Below, piece by piece: positions 60,967 to 64,000 of a DNA stretch of 64,000 nt; the first letter of the stretch is position 1, and each line of letters begins with the position of its first letter. This DNA comes from the human T2T-CHM13v2.0 reference genome, Homo sapiens, in the NCBI RefSeq assembly GCF_009914755.1, contig NC_060937.1; one strand, given 5' to 3'. A program made the position numbers and the translations under genes. Below the pieces are notes generated by a model. It ran no database searches. It had not been told where the DNA came from and saw only the letters and a program-made list of their open reading frames with translations.

Positions 60967-61104
60967 GTAAAGGGAGGCGGCGGCCAGGCGCGGCCCCGCG
61001 GAGGCAGCTGCACTCGCTCGGTCCACTCGCGGCTTCGCGGCTGCCCGCAAACCAGGAGGGCGTGGAGACCCGGAACCGGGGGGAAGGGCGGGGGCACTTG
61101 TGCG

Positions 61105-61385
61105 GCACCCGCGGGGCTCCCAGGGGACCTCGGCGGTGACACGAATTTCTAGGTGACCTTGGCGGTGACACGAATTTCTAGGTGACCTGTGTCATACACT
61201 AGGTGACCTAGTGACACAGGTGACACTTCCAGGTGACCGCGGCGGTGACCCGCGGGGCTCCCAGGTGACCTCGTTGGTGAGCCCCGGGGCTCCCCGACGA
61301 CCGCGGCGGTGACACGCGGGGCTCCCAGGTGACCCCGGCGGTGCACTCACAGGACTCCCAGGTGACCCGCGGTGGTGACACACCG
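61105..61385. repeat. Degenerate ~30-bp GGTGAC-rich minisatellite inside the promoter CpG island
   Basis: About 14 GTGAC motifs; exact 28-nt duplication ggcggtgacacgaatttctaggtgacct at 61132 and 61161. Confidence 0.85.
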
Positions 61386-61631
61386 GGGCGGGCGCGCGCC
61401 GCTTCCGCTTCCGCCGAGCCGCCCCCCGCCCCCCGCGGCGCAGCGCGCGCCCCCCTCCCGGTGGCGCGGAACCAATCCTGGGCAGGGAGGCGGCGGCTGG
61501 AGGCTGAAAGCGCTGCCGTGGCCCCCTCCCCGCCTCCGCCGCGCCCCCTCCGCACTCGCACGGCCCCACCCGCAGGCGCCCCCCGTGCGGAGGAAGCGGA
61601 TCTGCCAGGATCATTTTTGTTGTGTCGGAGG

Positions 61632-61710
61632 ATGAGGTTTTGGCTGAGGACTGAAGAGATGGCCTTGGAAGAAATGGTGCAGAGATTAAATGCGGTTTCC
61701 AAGCACACGG
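61632..61710 (+). CDS. MCF2L: MCF2L (Dbs/Ost, Rho-family GEF) alternative first coding exon, MRFWLRTEEMALEEMVQRLNAVSKHT + phase-1 G
   Basis: ATG at 61632 at the 3' edge of a CpG island; 26 codons + 1 nt, then donor CGG|GTAGGA at 61711. The peptide matches my recollection of an MCF2L isoform N-terminus that continues DEIMHQDIVPL (G+AT = Asp fits phase 1). It also resembles the recalled MCF2L2 N-terminus EEMPPQELTRRLATVITHVDEIM. Confidence 0.9.
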
Positions 61711-64000
61711 GTAGGAGGAGCTGCTGGCCGTCAGTGATCTGTGCTTAAGCTTGACATCATGGGCTGAAATGTGGGGAAATGCGTCTGATTTTTGTAAGCC
61801 GCCCTCGTGTTCCTTTCTAGCCGTGGTAGCTGTGACATGGGGGGCACTGGTTGGCAGCTGGTGTGTTTTCAGAGGCTGTCGGCGATCGTATGCTGCCCGG
61901 GATAGTCAAAATGACTGCACGTTGGTGACACTGGCTCTCTCAGGGTTGCTGGGTCTGCATGCGGAGCCATTTGTGTGTCTGAAGTCTGCCCATCAACCTG
62001 CCTGTCCGCAGCCCTCGCAATGGAGAATGCATTGCGAATGGAGAATGATCTGAGCCAAGGGCTTTCAGAGCTTGGGGTTTCAGAGCCAGGGGTAGGGATG
62101 GTGAAGCTACCTGGAAGCTCGTTTTGAGGATGAAAAAACCTGGACTAATCAGGTGGTTCTTTTCTTCATTAAATGCAATTTAAACCTAAGACAGATGTTT
62201 GAGACGGTATGGGTAAAGAGTGGACTGGACGTTCATTTTCAGTATTAATCGAAATATTACTTCAAATAAGCTTTGAAGAGTAGTTCAGATCGATTCTTTT
62301 AGGTGTAAGCAGAGACTGGGCTGACAGCTTGCATCTGGCCGTGGCTTTCAGGCGGTCGCATCTGAGTTCTCAGGCTGTGTTATGCAGAAGGGAGAGGCAT
62401 CCTTAACTCGTTTTCCTTGAAATGAAGAGGAAATAATGATATATCATTAAAAGTAAGTTGCCAAGTGTTTTGCCTGATGTTGCCATATGTTATGTCATAT
62501 ATGCCATTACTAGTTGTCTAACTAGTACTTGCCTGGGAGATTAAAATGTCAGTTGCTTGGTTTGGGTGTGGTTCTCTTTCTCTACCCACCCCGATGGATT
62601 CTGAGAGTGAACCAGTGATTAAATCAGCATAAGCACCATCGTATGGGATGGTCTAATCAAGATGTTTTTAATGGGGGCTTTTATGATCAAAGCTGCTGGG
62701 TTTATTGTATGTGGGTCGAAAGAAAACAAAACCATTTTCATGCCGTCTGCTCCCTGATTCTTAGAGAATCAGCTCTTTTTCTGAAGCTTGAGTGGAGCTT
62801 TTCCGTGCAGGGTTTGCAGGGTTTGAGTATGGTGAAGGGCTGCGTGGATGCCAGGTTCACAGGGAGGCTTCCGATCGGCTGTGGGGGTGGAGGAGAAAGC
62901 CCCCCTTGCTCTGCATGCCTCTGCGTGCCGTTCGGTGTCAGAGTCACAGAGTGGGAACCGCTCCAGAGGCTGATGTCATTCCCCAGGTTTTTAGGGATTG
63001 GGGTTTCTTCATGAGCTCCAAGAGACATGTGCGCATTTTTAATTGGAAAAAGGCTATCTCAGAAGAGCAGCAGTGACACTGTCTGCTCACTGAATGTCGT
63101 GCGAGCCGGGCGCTCGGTGTGGGCCATCGTCTCATCTGGAACAGGCAGTGAGATGTGCGTCCTCCCACACATCTGCATTACCGATAATTGCATGCTTCAC
63201 CAGGACTTTCAAGTCCAGCTTACCAGATATCCTCGGTTATGAGCACCCTGTAGCGTTTAGTTAGGGGAGGTGACCCTGCATCATACTCCACTTACCACCC
63301 ATTAACACTGGCCTCTTCCTTCAGCACAAACCCATTTTCTGCTCACGCTGTGTGAGGTACTGCTCAGCGGAGGCAAGTTATTAGGTTGAAGGCTGTAAAA
63401 CCATCATGAGGGGGTTTATGATGCAGTATTGACATGATGCTACCACAGAGTGTACGGGTATGTGGTGCACATTCTCTGGTAGGGGTGAAGGTCAAGGTAA
63501 ACCTGATCCCCACCTCGGGTTTAAATTCCAAGCACTTCCTCAGGAGAGTTCCCCACCTGCAGCCAAACACTCTTCAGCGGGAGGTCATGGAGCTGCTTCT
63601 CCTTCTGGGGTCATGCTAGGATCCGTGCCAGGTAAAAGCTGATGGCAACAGGACACTGATGTGGCGGCTGGTGTAGGTCCTCAGGGCAGTGGCGGGGCTA
63701 GGTCACAGCTGAGGGATTGCGTACAGCGGCTGGCCTTAGAGCAGCTGCCTCATTCAGCTGTGCAGAGCTTCACCCTCTGTAGATTCACCCCCAACCCACA
63801 GGCATTTTATCTTTGCTGCTGTCCAGGACATGCTGCTGTGTTTTAATTTCAGATTTATGCATTTCTTCTGTCACCTAGAACCTTCATTAGCTAGGCTAAT
63901 CTGCATGTAAAGGAGGATAATGTGTGCTGTCCATATGGTCTGTGAATCTGTAGCCTTTGACCTTGAGAATTGACATTTTATATACTTTTCTGAACCTGAT

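Larger units (their letters stand above)
59780..61050 (-). ncRNA. MCF2L-AS1: Antisense lncRNA at the MCF2L promoter (probably MCF2L-AS1); boundaries approximate
   Basis: Minus-strand consensus donor CAG|GTAAGC (plus tgcttacctg, 60864-60873); two minus-strand AATAAA (plus tttatt at 59797-59802 and 59811-59816); lies in a CpG island. Gene name is from recall of the locus. Confidence 0.55.
60600..61630. promoter_or_regulatory. CpG-island, probably bidirectional, promoter of MCF2L
   Basis: Very high GC and CpG density; GC boxes; tandem ETS/GABPA-like CTTCCG x2 at 61402-61413; CCAAT at 61472-61476; flanked by first exons. Confidence 0.85.

Overview
Human (primate) genomic DNA, not prokaryotic: it has about 18 Alu elements including a human-specific AluYa5, old L1M/L2/MIR/MaLR/MER relics, a solo LTR13, several VNTRs and three GC/CpG-rich patches. 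From recall of the protein sequence, the right end is a promoter region of MCF2L (Dbs/Ost Rho-GEF, 13q34). It has two phase-1 alternative first coding exons (60717-60966, MARVESPV...CHGAAG; 61632-61710, MRFWLRTEEMALEEMVQRLNAVSKHT) and an overlapping antisense lncRNA (probably MCF2L-AS1). The remaining ~60 kb is probably intron of upstream-initiated MCF2L isoforms (recalled, not provable from this window). Almost all ORFs in the six-frame track are artefacts of repeats or GC-richness. I found no convincing new multi-gene system. The most unusual observations are: an LTR-borne 24-bp VNTR forming an array of >20 consensus 5' splice sites; an ATG-(CTG)20 tract grown out of a MER5A; a ~185-bp templated duplication inserted into an old L1; further candidate phase-1 first exons; and strong AT-to-GC drift of ancient repeats. 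Repeat family names and old-repeat boundaries are by-eye calls and approximate.
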